IMG/VR virus record: IMGVR_UViG_2740892212_000023
Direction: 5' to 3' (one strand)
Length of the DNA stretch: 28,031 nucleotides
From: a virus
Taxonomy: Duplodnaviria; Heunggongvirae; Uroviricota; Caudoviricetes
Below the pieces are notes generated by a model. It worked only from the letters and a program-made list of their open reading frames with translations. It did no database searches and had not been told where the DNA came from. A program made the position numbers and the translations under genes. This document shows, in pieces, positions 1 through 7,091 of this stretch (position 1 is the stretch's first letter; each line of letters starts with the position of its first letter).

Positions 1-213
1 ACCGCAGCATTAAAGCAGCAGGATGTTGTTCCTAACCTTGCCGGGAATGGCTTTGTGGTAATAGGCCAGTCAACCAGCAGGATGCGTGTAGGCGAATTTG
101 CGGAGCTATTAGAGCTTATACAGGCATTCGGTACAGAGCGTGGCGTTAAGTGGTCAGACGAATCGAGACTGGCTCTGGAGTGGAAAGCGAGATGGGGAGA
201 TCGGGCTGCATGA
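1..213 (+). CDS. ninB: NinB-like recombination protein, C-terminal fragment (5' end lies outside the window)
   Basis: Frame 1 is open from position 1 to TGA at 211-213 (…[27 protein letters not shown]). Position and sequence resemble the C-terminus of lambda NinB as I recall it. Its stop overlaps the next gene's ATG. Confidence 0.45.
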   Translation, partial: TAALKQQDVVPNLAGNGFVVIGQSTSRMRVGEFAELLELIQAFGTERGVKWSDESRLALEWKARWGDRAA

Positions 214-737
214 CTATCAAATCAAATACGCCAGCACACGACAAGGACTGCTGGCAAACGCCGCTTTGGCTTTTTGATGCACTGGATATTGAGTTTGGAT
301 TCTGGCTGGATTCGGCAGCGAGCGACAAAAATGCTCTGTGCGCTCACTGGCTAACTGAGGCCGACGACGCGCTCAATTCTGAGTGGGTAAGCCACGGTGC
401 AATCTGGAATAACCCACCGTACAGCAATATCAGGCCGTGGGTGGAAAAAGCCGCTGAGCAGTGCATACAACAGCGACAGACGGTAGTTATGCTTGTGCCA
501 GAGGATATGTCAGTCGGATGGTTCAGCAAGGCTCTGGAGAGTGTCGACGAAGTTCGTATTATCACTGATGGACGGATTAATTTTATCGAGCCATCGACAG
601 GGCTGGAGAAGAAGGGGAACAGCAAAGGTTCCATGCTGCTGATTTGGCGACCGTTCATCAGTCCTCGACGGATGTTTACTACCGTATCCAAAGCGGCATT
701 GATGGCGATCGGGCAGGGCGTCAGGAAGGCGGCATGA
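210..737 (+). CDS. Phage DNA N6-adenine methyltransferase (Dam-type)
   Basis: ORF 150..737; ATG at 210 overlaps the upstream stop (ATGA). Contains the methyltransferase motif IV NPPY (…[11 protein letters not shown]…) and the N-terminal DKDCWQTP segment typical of small phage Dam enzymes. GTG 150 and ATG 192 are alternative starts. Confidence 0.75.
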   Translation: MTIKSNTPAHDKDCWQTPLWLFDALDIEFGFWLDSAASDKNALCAHWLTEADDALNSEWVSHGAIWNNPPYSNIRPWVEKAAEQCIQQRQTVVMLVPEDMSVGWFSKALESVDEVRIITDGRINFIEPSTGLEKKGNSKGSMLLIWRPFISPRRMFTTVSKAALMAIGQGVRKAA

Positions 738-916
738 GACGACAGCGACGAAGTATCACCGACATCATCTGCGAAAACTGCAAATACCTTCCAACGAAAC
801 GCTCCAGAAATAAACGCAAGCCAATCCCAAAAGAATCTGACGTAAAAACCTTCAATTACACGGCTCACCTGTGGGATATCCGGTGGCTTAGAGAACGTGC
901 GAGGAAAACAAGGTGA
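734..916 (+). CDS. ninE: NinE protein
   Basis: 60-aa product [60 protein letters not shown] closely matches lambda NinE from memory. ATG at 734 overlaps the Dam stop (ATGA). Confidence 0.8.
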   Translation: MRRQRRSITDIICENCKYLPTKRSRNKRKPIPKESDVKTFNYTAHLWDIRWLRERARKTR

Positions 917-1083
917 TTGACCCAAATCGAAGTTACGAACAAGAAAGCGTCGAGCGAGCTTTAACGTGCGCTAACTGCGGTCAGAAGCTGCATGTGCTGG
1001 AAGTTCACGTGTGTGAGCACTGCTGCGCAGAACTGATGAGCGATCCGAATAGCTCAATGTACGAGGAAGAAGACGATGAGTGA
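913..1083 (+). CDS. ninF: NinF protein (GTG start, below the ORF-track size cutoff)
   Basis: Hand translation from GTG 913: [56 protein letters not shown], resembling lambda NinF. The start overlaps the ninE stop. Confidence 0.6.
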   Translation: MIDPNRSYEQESVERALTCANCGQKLHVLEVHVCEHCCAELMSDPNSSMYEEEDDE

Positions 1084-1288
1084 TTACCTGAAATGGTATC
1101 TCTGCCACCGCTGGTTAATTAAGTTTGCTGTAAAAGACTGGATGACAGCGGATGCCAACAAGCTTAAGCAAAGAAAAGACTATTACTACGCCAGAATGAA
1201 GGAAAACTACTGCTCAATTCGCACTCGCATATTTATTAAAAAAGACCTTCAGTCAATTCTTCAATTGCGAGGGAAGGTAAATGGCTAA
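1076..1288 (+). CDS. Hypothetical nin-region protein (70 aa)
   Basis: ORF 1076..1288, overlapping the neighbouring genes at both ends in the tightly packed nin operon. No recognisable motif. Confidence 0.45.
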   Translation: MSDYLKWYLCHRWLIKFAVKDWMTADANKLKQRKDYYYARMKENYCSIRTRIFIKKDLQSILQLRGKVNG

Positions 1289-1571
1289 CCTACGCAAAGA
1301 AGCGCGCGGCAGAGAATGCCAGGTACGTATTTACGGCGTATGCAATGGCAATCCTGAAACTACAGTTCTGGCACATTACCGGATGGCTGGAATTTGCGGA
1401 ACTGGAATGAAACCTGACGACCTGATCGGTGCATGGGCTTGTAGTGACTGCCACGCGGAGATCGACCGACGCACAAGGATTCTCGACAACAAAGACGCCA
1501 GACTTTACCACCTCGAAGGCGTGATCAGGACGCAGGCGGTATTGCTGAAGGAGGGGAAGATTAAGCCATGA
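1281..1571 (+). CDS. YbcO-like protein (DUF1364-type, putative nuclease)
   Basis: 96-aa product MANLRKEARGRECQVRIYGVCNGNPETTVLAHYR…CSDCHAEIDRR resembles E. coli DLP12 YbcO, with Cys/His-rich motifs. Sits directly upstream of rusA as in DLP12. Confidence 0.7.
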   Translation: MANLRKEARGRECQVRIYGVCNGNPETTVLAHYRMAGICGTGMKPDDLIGAWACSDCHAEIDRRTRILDNKDARLYHLEGVIRTQAVLLKEGKIKP

Positions 1572-1930
1572 ACGAATATCAGTTTGTGCTTCCATACCCG
1601 CCGTCGGTGAATACCTACTGGCGAAGACGGGGAAGCCAATACTACATCAGCGATAAAGGCCAGAAATACCGAAAAGACGTTCAGCAAATCATCCGCCAAC
1701 TTAAGTTAGACATTTTCACCAAATCACGACTCCGCATCAAAGTCATCGCAGACGTTCCAGACTCCCGCCGCCGCGACCTCGATAACATCCTGAAAGGTTT
1801 ACTCGACTCCCTTATCCACGCCGGATTTGCGGAAGACGACGAGCAACTCGATGACATTCGCGTAATTCGTGGTGTGAAAGTACCAGGCGGAAGGCTTGGA
1901 ATAAAAATCACCGAACTGGAGAACGCATGA
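1568..1930 (+). CDS. rusA: Crossover junction endodeoxyribonuclease RusA (Holliday junction resolvase)
   Basis: 120-aa product with the RusA hallmarks (LPYPPSVNTYW…, PDSRRRDLDN…, GGRLGIKITEL), co-linear with E. coli RusA. Translationally coupled to the upstream gene. Confidence 0.9.
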   Translation: MNEYQFVLPYPPSVNTYWRRRGSQYYISDKGQKYRKDVQQIIRQLKLDIFTKSRLRIKVIADVPDSRRRDLDNILKGLLDSLIHAGFAEDDEQLDDIRVIRGVKVPGGRLGIKITELENA

Positions 1931-2115
1931 ACGCCACAATTCAAACGATACCAGAGCTTCTTATCCAGACACGAGGCAATCAGACCGAAGTGGCGAGGAT
2001 GCTTTCCTGTGCAAGAGGAACAGTGCTCAAGTACAACCGAGACAGCAAAGGCGAGCGTCACGTAATAGTTAACGGCGTCCTGATGGTCAAACAGGGCAAG
2101 AGGGGAAGACGATGA
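1927..2115 (+). CDS. ninH: NinH protein
   Basis: 62-aa product …TIPELLIQTRGNQTEVARMLSCARGTVLKYNRD… resembles lambda NinH (helix-turn-helix-like). Confidence 0.75.
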   Translation: MNATIQTIPELLIQTRGNQTEVARMLSCARGTVLKYNRDSKGERHVIVNGVLMVKQGKRGRR

Positions 2116-2735
2116 GACTCGAAAGCGTAGCTAAATTTCATTCGCCAAAAAGCCCGATGATGAGCGACTCACCACGGGCTACGGCTTCTGACTCTCTTTC
2201 CGGTACTGATGTGATGGCTGCTATGGGGATGGCGCAATCACAAGCCGGATTCGGAATGGCTGCATTCTGCGGTAAGCATGAACTCAGCCAGAACGACAAA
2301 CAAAAGGCTATCAACTATCTGATGCAATTTGCACACAAGGTATCGGGGAAATACCGTGGTGTGGCAAAGCTTGAAGGAAATACTAAGGCAAAGGTACTGC
2401 AAGTGCTCGCAACATTCGCTTATGCGGATTATTGCCGTAGTGCCGCGACGCCGGGCGCAAGATGCAGAGATTGCCACGGTACAGGTCGGGCGGTTGATAT
2501 TGCCAAAACAGAGCAGTGGGGGAGAGTTGTTGAGAAAGAGTGCGGAAGATGCAAAGGTGTCGGCTATTCAAGAATGCCAGCAAGCGCCGCATATCGCGCT
2601 GTAACGATGCTAATCCCAAACCTTACTCAACCCACCTGGTCACGCACTGTTAAGCCTCTGTATGACGCTCTGGTGGTGCAATGCCACAAAGAAGAGTCAA
2701 TCGCAGACAACATTTTGAATGCGGTCACACGTTAG
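2112..2735 (+). CDS. Q: Late-gene antiterminator Q (lambda-type)
   Basis: 207-aa product that I recognise as essentially identical to lambda Q (MRLESVAKFHSPKSPMMSDSP…CRDCHGTGRAVD…CGRCKGVGYS…). Followed by the lambda pR' promoter sequence. Confidence 0.95.
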   Translation: MRLESVAKFHSPKSPMMSDSPRATASDSLSGTDVMAAMGMAQSQAGFGMAAFCGKHELSQNDKQKAINYLMQFAHKVSGKYRGVAKLEGNTKAKVLQVLATFAYADYCRSAATPGARCRDCHGTGRAVDIAKTEQWGRVVEKECGRCKGVGYSRMPASAAYRAVTMLIPNLTQPTWSRTVKPLYDALVVQCHKEESIADNILNAVTR

Positions 2736-2777
2736 CAGCATGATTGCCACGGATGGCAACATATTAACGGCATGATA

Positions 2778-2818
2778 TTGACTTATTGAATAAAATTGGG
2801 TAAATTTGACTCAAGAAT
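2778..2818 (+). promoter_or_regulatory. Late promoter pR' with qut-like initial transcribed region
   Basis: -35 TTGACT (2778-2783), 17-bp spacer, -10 TAAATT (2801-2806), matching lambda pR' as I recall it. The predicted +1 to +6 segment is AAGAAT (lambda: AACGAT), so a -10-like pause element is retained although the downstream sequence is new. Confidence 0.75.
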
Positions 2819-2877
2819 GGCAGATTTATATCCGTTCACATTCTTTCAGTTTTTACCCACCTCATCTTTAAGTTCTA

Positions 2878-2990
2878 AGCGCACTGACATGCGCATCATA
2901 AACTCGAGAGCACATAGGAATAGAGCCTGAGAAATATCGCTTTTGGCGACTTCTCTCGTGGTGATATTTCTATGTCAGCAGGCTCTAATA
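2878..2990 (+). repeat. Copy A of a duplicated ~110-nt leader element with conserved interleaved inverted repeats
   Basis: Shares the blocks AGCGCA…GCGCAT…CGAGAGC…GAGCCTGAGAAAT…GGCGAC.TCTCTCG…TTTCT.TG…CAGGCTC with 5518-5624. Lies directly upstream of the HNH gene start. Confidence 0.65.
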
Positions 2991-3006
2991 TCTATGTGGT
3001 TCGCCT

Positions 3007-3497
3007 ATGTTAAAACGTGAAGATGCATTGAGACTTTTTAATTACAATCCAGATACTGGAATTCTTACATGGAAGAATCCACCTCGGTCTTCTAGATTTA
3101 TCTATGGCGCTGTTGCTGGCTATAAACAAATGGATATCTGCAGGTAAAACTTTATGGAATGCGGCTATATGTCCATAGAATTGCATGGCTGATGGTTTAC
3201 AATGATTGGCCAACCGATGTGATTGACTATATTAATGGTGATAGGTCTGATAACCGGATAGCCAATCTTCGTGTTGTTACTAACACTCAAAACTCATGGA
3301 ACAGCAAGATGAGGAAAAACAATTCATCTGGTGTGAAGGGGGTGACTTTTAATTCTGCTGCAAACAAGTGGGTTGGAAGAATTAGGGTCAATGGTAAAAG
3401 GATTCATGTAGGGTGTTTTGACGATATCGAGGAGGCGAGAAAGGCAATGGAAAATGCCAGGATAAAATATCATGGTGAATTCTCCAGTATGGGATAG
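3007..3497 (+). pseudogene. HNH (HNH_3-type) homing endonuclease with C-terminal AP2 domain, interrupted by an apparent -1 frameshift
   Basis: N-terminal part in frame 1 (3007..3147: MLKREDALRLFNYNPDTGILTWKN…AVAGYKQMDICR*). The remainder is in frame 3 from 3126 (TNGYLQVKLYGMRLYVHRIAWLMVYNDWP…IDYINGDRSDNRIANLR…GVKGVTF…KWVGRIRVNGKRIHVGCFDDIEEA…YHGEF, to 3497). The frames switch inside the A-run at 3128-3130. The HNH signature reads DYINGD where the family normally has DHINGD. Confidence 0.7.
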
Positions 3498-3628
3498 ATG
3501 GGTTAATTCGCTCGTTGTGGTAGTGAGATGAAAAGAGGCGGCGCTTACTACCGATTCCGCCTAGTTGGTCACTTCGACGTATCGTCTGGAACTCCAACCA
3601 TCGCAGGCTGAGAGGTCTGTAAAATGCA

Positions 3629-3689
3629 ATCCCGAAACAGTTCGCAGGTAATAGTTAGAGCCTGCATAACGGTTTCGGGATTTTTTATT
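3629..3689 (+). terminator. tR'-like intrinsic terminator (end of the lambda 6S-RNA-homologous segment 3501-3689)
   Basis: Sequence 3501-3689 matches the lambda 6S RNA body from memory. Hairpin ATCCCGAAAC…GGTTTCGGGA followed by a T-run (3681-3689). Confidence 0.75.
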
Positions 3690-3690
3690 T

Positions 3691-3765
3691 GGGTCAGTCG
3701 TATAAAGGTCATTACGGAAGGCTGTTAACCTTCTTATCGTGGTTCGAGTCCACGCTGTCCCGCCA
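3691..3765 (+). tRNA. Candidate tRNA-Asn (anticodon GTT), possibly degenerate
   Basis: Hand-folded cloverleaf: acceptor GGGTCAG/CTGTCCC (one T·T mismatch), anticodon stem GAAGG/CCTTC with loop CTGTTAA, T-arm CGTGG-TTCGAGT-CCACG, discriminator G and encoded CCA. The D-stem is weak. Confidence 0.45.
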
Positions 3766-3770
3766 AATAT

Positions 3771-3846
3771 GCTGGTTTAGCTCCAATGGTAGAGCAGTCG
3801 CCTTGTAAGCGAATGGGTAGCGGTTCAAGTCCGTTAACCAGCACCA
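3771..3846 (+). tRNA. Candidate tRNA-Thr (anticodon TGT)
   Basis: Hand-folded cloverleaf: perfect 7-bp acceptor GCTGGTT/AACCAGC, D-arm GCTC-CAATGGTA-GAGC, anticodon loop CTTGTAA, T-arm AGCGG-TTCAAGT-CCGTT, discriminator A and encoded CCA. Confidence 0.65.
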
Positions 3847-4088
3847 TAACTGAGCCGTAGCCACTGGCTATCCTGAACTCATCAGTGATAGTTACGCTGC
3901 GGCCTTCTACACATGATCTTCGTGAAAGCGGGTGGCAGGAGGCTGCGCTAACAACCTCCTGCCGTTTTGCCCGTGCATATCGGTCACGAACAAATCTGAT
4001 TACTAAACACAGTAGCCTGGATTTGTTCTATCAGTAATCGACCTTATTCCTAATTAAATAGAGCAAATCCCCTTATTGGGGGTAAGAC

Positions 4089-4412
4089 ATGAAGATGCCA
4101 GAAAAACATGACCTGTTAGCCGCCATTCTCGCGGCAAAGGAACAAGGCATCGGGGCAATCCTTGCGTTTGCAATGGCGTACCTTCGCGGCAGGTATAATG
4201 GCGGTGCGTTTACAAAAACAGTAATCGACGCAACGATGTGCGCCATTATCGCCTGGTTCATTCGTGACCTTCTCGACTTCGCCGGACTAAGTAGCAATCT
4301 TGCTTATATAACGAGCGTGTTTATCGGCTACATCGGTACTGACTCGATTGGTTCGCTTATCAAACGCTTCGCTGCTAAAAAAGCCGGAGTAGAAGATGGT
4401 GGAAATCAATAA
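4089..4412 (+). CDS. S: Holin S (class I, lambda-type, with dual-start motif MKMPEK)
   Basis: 107-aa product that I recognise as essentially identical to lambda S. The Met1-Lys2-Met3 dual-start arrangement for antiholin/holin is preserved. Confidence 0.95.
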   Translation: MKMPEKHDLLAAILAAKEQGIGAILAFAMAYLRGRYNGGAFTKTVIDATMCAIIAWFIRDLLDFAGLSSNLAYITSVFIGYIGTDSIGSLIKRFAAKKAGVEDGGNQ

Positions 4413-4872
4413 TCAACGTAAGGCGTTCCTCGATATGCTGGCGTGGTCAGAGGGAACTGATAACGGACGTCAGAAAACCAGAAATCATGGTTATGACGTC
4501 ATTGTTGGCGGAGAGCTATTCACTGATTACTCCGATCACCCTCGCAAACTTGTCACGCTAAACCCAAAACTCAAATCAACAGCCGCCGGACGTTACCAGC
4601 TTCTTTCCCGTTGGTGGGATGCCTATCGTAAGCAGCTTGGCCTGAAAGACTTCTCTCCGAAAAGCCAGGACGCTGTGGCATTGCAGCAGATTAAAGAACG
4701 TGGCGCTTTACCGATGATTGATCGTGGTGATATTCGTCAGGCTATCGACCGTTGCAGCAATATCTGGGCTTCGTTGCCGGGCGCTGGTTACGGTCAGTTC
4801 GAGCATAAGGCTGACAGCCTGATTGCAAAATTCAAAGAAGCGGGCGGAAAGGTCAGAGAGATTGAGGTATGA
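4396..4872 (+). CDS. R: Endolysin R (lambda-type lytic transglycosylase)
   Basis: 158-aa product matching lambda R from memory ([26 protein letters not shown]…). Overlaps the S stop. Confidence 0.95.
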   Translation: MVEINNQRKAFLDMLAWSEGTDNGRQKTRNHGYDVIVGGELFTDYSDHPRKLVTLNPKLKSTAAGRYQLLSRWWDAYRKQLGLKDFSPKSQDAVALQQIKERGALPMIDRGDIRQAIDRCSNIWASLPGAGYGQFEHKADSLIAKFKEAGGKVREIEV

Positions 4873-5306
4873 GCAGAGTAACCGCGATTATCTCCGCTCT
4901 GGTTATCTGCATCATCGTCGGCCTGTCATGGGCTGTTAATCATTACCGTGATAACGCCATTGCCTACAAAGAGCAGCGCGATAAAGCCACATCCACAATC
5001 GCTGACATGCAGAAGCGTCAACGTGATGTAGCAGAACTCGACGCAAGATATACAAAGGAACTTGCTGATGCTAACGCGACTATCGAAAGTCTCCGTGCTG
5101 ATGTTTCTGCTGGGCGTAAGCGCCTGCAAGTCGCCGCCATCTGTGCAAAGTCAACGACCGGAGCCAGCAGCATGGGCGATGGAGAAAGCCCAAGACTTAC
5201 AGCAGATGCTGAACTCAATTATTACCGTCTCCGAAGTGGAATCGACAGGATAACCGCGCAGGTTAACTACCTGCAGGAATACATCAGGACGCAATGCCTT
5301 CGATGA
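4869..5306 (+). CDS. Rz: Spanin Rz (i-spanin); N-terminus lambda-like, remainder divergent
   Basis: 145 aa. The first ~30 residues ([17 protein letters not shown]…NHYRDNAI) match lambda Rz, after which the sequence diverges. N-terminal TM helix plus coiled-coil character. Confidence 0.85.
   Translation: MSRVTAIISALVICIIVGLSWAVNHYRDNAIAYKEQRDKATSTIADMQKRQRDVAELDARYTKELADANATIESLRADVSAGRKRLQVAAICAKSTTGASSMGDGESPRLTADAELNYYRLRSGIDRITAQVNYLQEYIRTQCLR
5062..5253 (+). CDS. Rz1: Spanin Rz1 (o-spanin lipoprotein) embedded in the +1 frame of Rz
   Basis: ORF wholly inside Rz in another frame. Signal-peptide-like N-terminus with lipobox-like LGVSAC and a Pro-rich mature region. The exact start is uncertain. 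Confidence 0.65.
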   Translation: MLMLTRLSKVSVLMFLLGVSACKSPPSVQSQRPEPAAWAMEKAQDLQQMLNSIITVSEVESTG

Positions 5307-5479
5307 TAGCGATAATTTTACTCATCATCCTTCACATCTGGCTCTGTAGACAGGGTGGTGATCACTTCTGGAGTAAATCCAGATTAAACATCTCATTGCT
5401 GATGCTTGATATTGAGCATCTGGCGCGCGGTAAGGGGCTGCGTTGAGATAAGAGCCAGTCATCACAAACACCAGGATTT

Positions 5480-5505
5480 AGCCCCGCATTCGCGGGGCTT
5501 TTTAT
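5480..5505 (+). terminator. Rho-independent terminator downstream of the lysis cassette
   Basis: Hairpin AGCCCCGC-ATTC-GCGGGGCT followed by TTTTTAT. Confidence 0.7.
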
Positions 5506-5517
5506 ATCTTAATTTCA

Positions 5518-5624
5518 CAGCGCATCTCACGCGCATATTAACGAGAGCCTTTCAGTAAGCGAGCCTGAGAAATGCCGTTATAGGTGGCGACCTCTCTCGG
5601 GCGGCTTTTCTGTGAGACAGGCTC
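5518..5624 (+). repeat. Copy B of the duplicated leader element, upstream of rha
   Basis: Same conserved blocks in the same order as 2878-2990, lying between the post-lysis terminator and the rha start codon. Confidence 0.65.
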
Positions 5625-5647
5625 ACTTTCTAAAAGGTAAAGACGCT

Positions 5648-6166
5648 ATGAATCATCAATTGGCTAATCTCGATTTCCGGGACATGGTGGTTGTTTCTGG
5701 TGATCGCGTGATCACAACCTCCCGCAAGGTAGCAGCTTACTTCGACAAGCAGCATCACCACATCATTCAGAAAATCGAAAAGCTAGACTGTTCGGATGAA
5801 TTTCTAACCAGCAACTTTTCGCGGGTTACCTATGAACACAAGGGTAATCAGTATGTTGAATATGAAATTTCCAAAGACGGCGCGATGTACATCATCATGT
5901 CGTTTACCGGAAAAAAAGCTGCCGCCATCAAAGAGGCGTTTATCAAAGCATTTAATTGGATGCGTGACAGGCTGATGGAGATGGCTCACTCATACCAAAG
6001 AGAGCACAACGAGTTAATGCTGGAGTTCATGAAGGAAAAGGATGTTGCCAGTATGTCAGGACGCTTGCTGAACCGCTGGGGCAGGATCAAAAAACCGCAA
6101 CTCATAGCAAGAATCGAAAGGCTTGAGCAGCAGGCGCAAATATCGATCCCCGGACTGCCAAAGTGA
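5648..6166 (+). CDS. rha: Phage regulatory protein Rha (P22 orf201-like)
   Basis: Rha-family N-terminal motif (…VVVSGDRVITTSRKVAAYFDKQHHHIIQKIEKL…). ATG 5648 is preceded by AAAGG; the ORF track's GTG 5612 extension is probably not translated. Same position as rha in P22. Confidence 0.8.
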   Translation: MNHQLANLDFRDMVVVSGDRVITTSRKVAAYFDKQHHHIIQKIEKLDCSDEFLTSNFSRVTYEHKGNQYVEYEISKDGAMYIIMSFTGKKAAAIKEAFIKAFNWMRDRLMEMAHSYQREHNELMLEFMKEKDVASMSGRLLNRWGRIKKPQLIARIERLEQQAQISIPGLPK

Positions 6167-6280
6167 CCATTCCAAAGCCCATCTACGGGTGATTCCTTAC
6201 AGAGTGGCTTTGATAATGGCTTATACCCTACACGGGATAACTTAACTGATATCCCTTTTAACGGATAAACGGAGCCAACA

Positions 6281-6523
6281 ATGGCAGAGATTATTCCCAT
6301 GACTGAAGAACAGAAATTCCAGTTAGAGATTTACAAACTGGTCATGAACCAGAACGCAGCCGCAGAAGAAGCATTTCAGTTCATTGGCACTGACGAGCTG
6401 AAGCTTGAGCTATTCAAAATTCACTTCCAGTCAGGCGGCGCTAATTCAGATATCACGACCCGCACTATCGAAGCGGTACGTAAATCGAAGGAAGCGTTAG
6501 ACCTGTTCACCACCGGAGCATAA
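6281..6523 (+). CDS. Hypothetical protein (P22 orf80-like, 80 aa)
   Basis: 80-aa ORF between rha and the terminase small subunit, the position of orf80 in P22. Acidic, helical-looking, no motif. Confidence 0.55.
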   Translation: MAEIIPMTEEQKFQLEIYKLVMNQNAAAEEAFQFIGTDELKLELFKIHFQSGGANSDITTRTIEAVRKSKEALDLFTTGA

Positions 6524-6602
6524 TCATGGCAACTCAAGGTTTCGACAACCCATCCAAATTCCGCGATGAATGGGATAAGCAAGCAGAAGGGAAATAATCA
6601 AT

Positions 6603-7091
6603 ATGGCAGCACCAAAGGGCAACCGATTTTGGGAGGCCCGCAGTAGTCATGGGCGAAACCCTAAATTCGAATCGCCTGAGGCGCTGTGGGCTGCTTGTTG
6701 TGAATACTTCGAGTGGGTGGAAGCTAACCCGCTATGGGAGATGAAGGCGTTCTCGTATCAGGGGGAAGTGATACAAGAGCCTATCGCCAAGATGCGAGCG
6801 ATGACCATCACCGGCCTCACTCTGTTCATTGATGTGACGCTTGAAACATGGCGCACATATCGCCTGCGAGAAGATTTATCTGAAGTCGTTACGCGAGCAG
6901 AACAGGTCATCTACGACCAGAAATTCTCTGGCGCAGCCGCTGACCTTCTCAACGCTAACATCATCGCCCGTGATTTGGGCCTCAAAGAGCAGTCGCAAGT
7001 TGAAGACGTGACACCTGATAAGGGAGATCGCGATAAGCGACGCTCTCGTATCAAGGAGCTATTCAACCGTGGAACTGGACGCGATTCTTGA
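6603..7091 (+). CDS. Terminase small subunit (P22 gp3-type)
   Basis: 162-aa product that I recognise as very close to P22 gp3 ([29 protein letters not shown]…). Contains the candidate pac site. Confidence 0.9.
   Translation: MAAPKGNRFWEARSSHGRNPKFESPEALWAACCEYFEWVEANPLWEMKAFSYQGEVIQEPIAKMRAMTITGLTLFIDVTLETWRTYRLREDLSEVVTRAEQVIYDQKFSGAAADLLNANIIARDLGLKEQSQVEDVTPDKGDRDKRRSRIKELFNRGTGRDS
6870..6891 (+). other. Candidate P22-type pac site (headful packaging initiation) inside the small-terminase gene
   Basis: GAAGATTTATCTGAAGTCGTTA matches the 22-bp P22 pac sequence as I recall it, at the expected position within gene 3. Confidence 0.65.

Noticed and set aside
644-733. N-terminal extension of the ninE ORF (ORF-track start at 644)
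   Set aside because: This part overlaps the Dam gene in another frame; the ATGA overlap at 734 gives the canonical 60-aa NinE.
2736-4088. Possible Shiga-toxin-type cargo in the Q-to-S interval
   Set aside because: The interval contains only pR', the HNH gene, the 6S/tR' segment and two tRNA-like genes; no ORF resembling stxA or stxB is present.
5612-5647. GTG-initiated N-terminal extension of rha
   Set aside because: The extension runs through the conserved leader element; ATG 5648 with an AAAGG ribosome-binding site gives a typical Rha N-terminus.
6526-6597. 23-codon ORF between orf80 and the terminase small subunit
   Set aside because: Too short and without a motif or convincing ribosome-binding site; probably just intergenic sequence.
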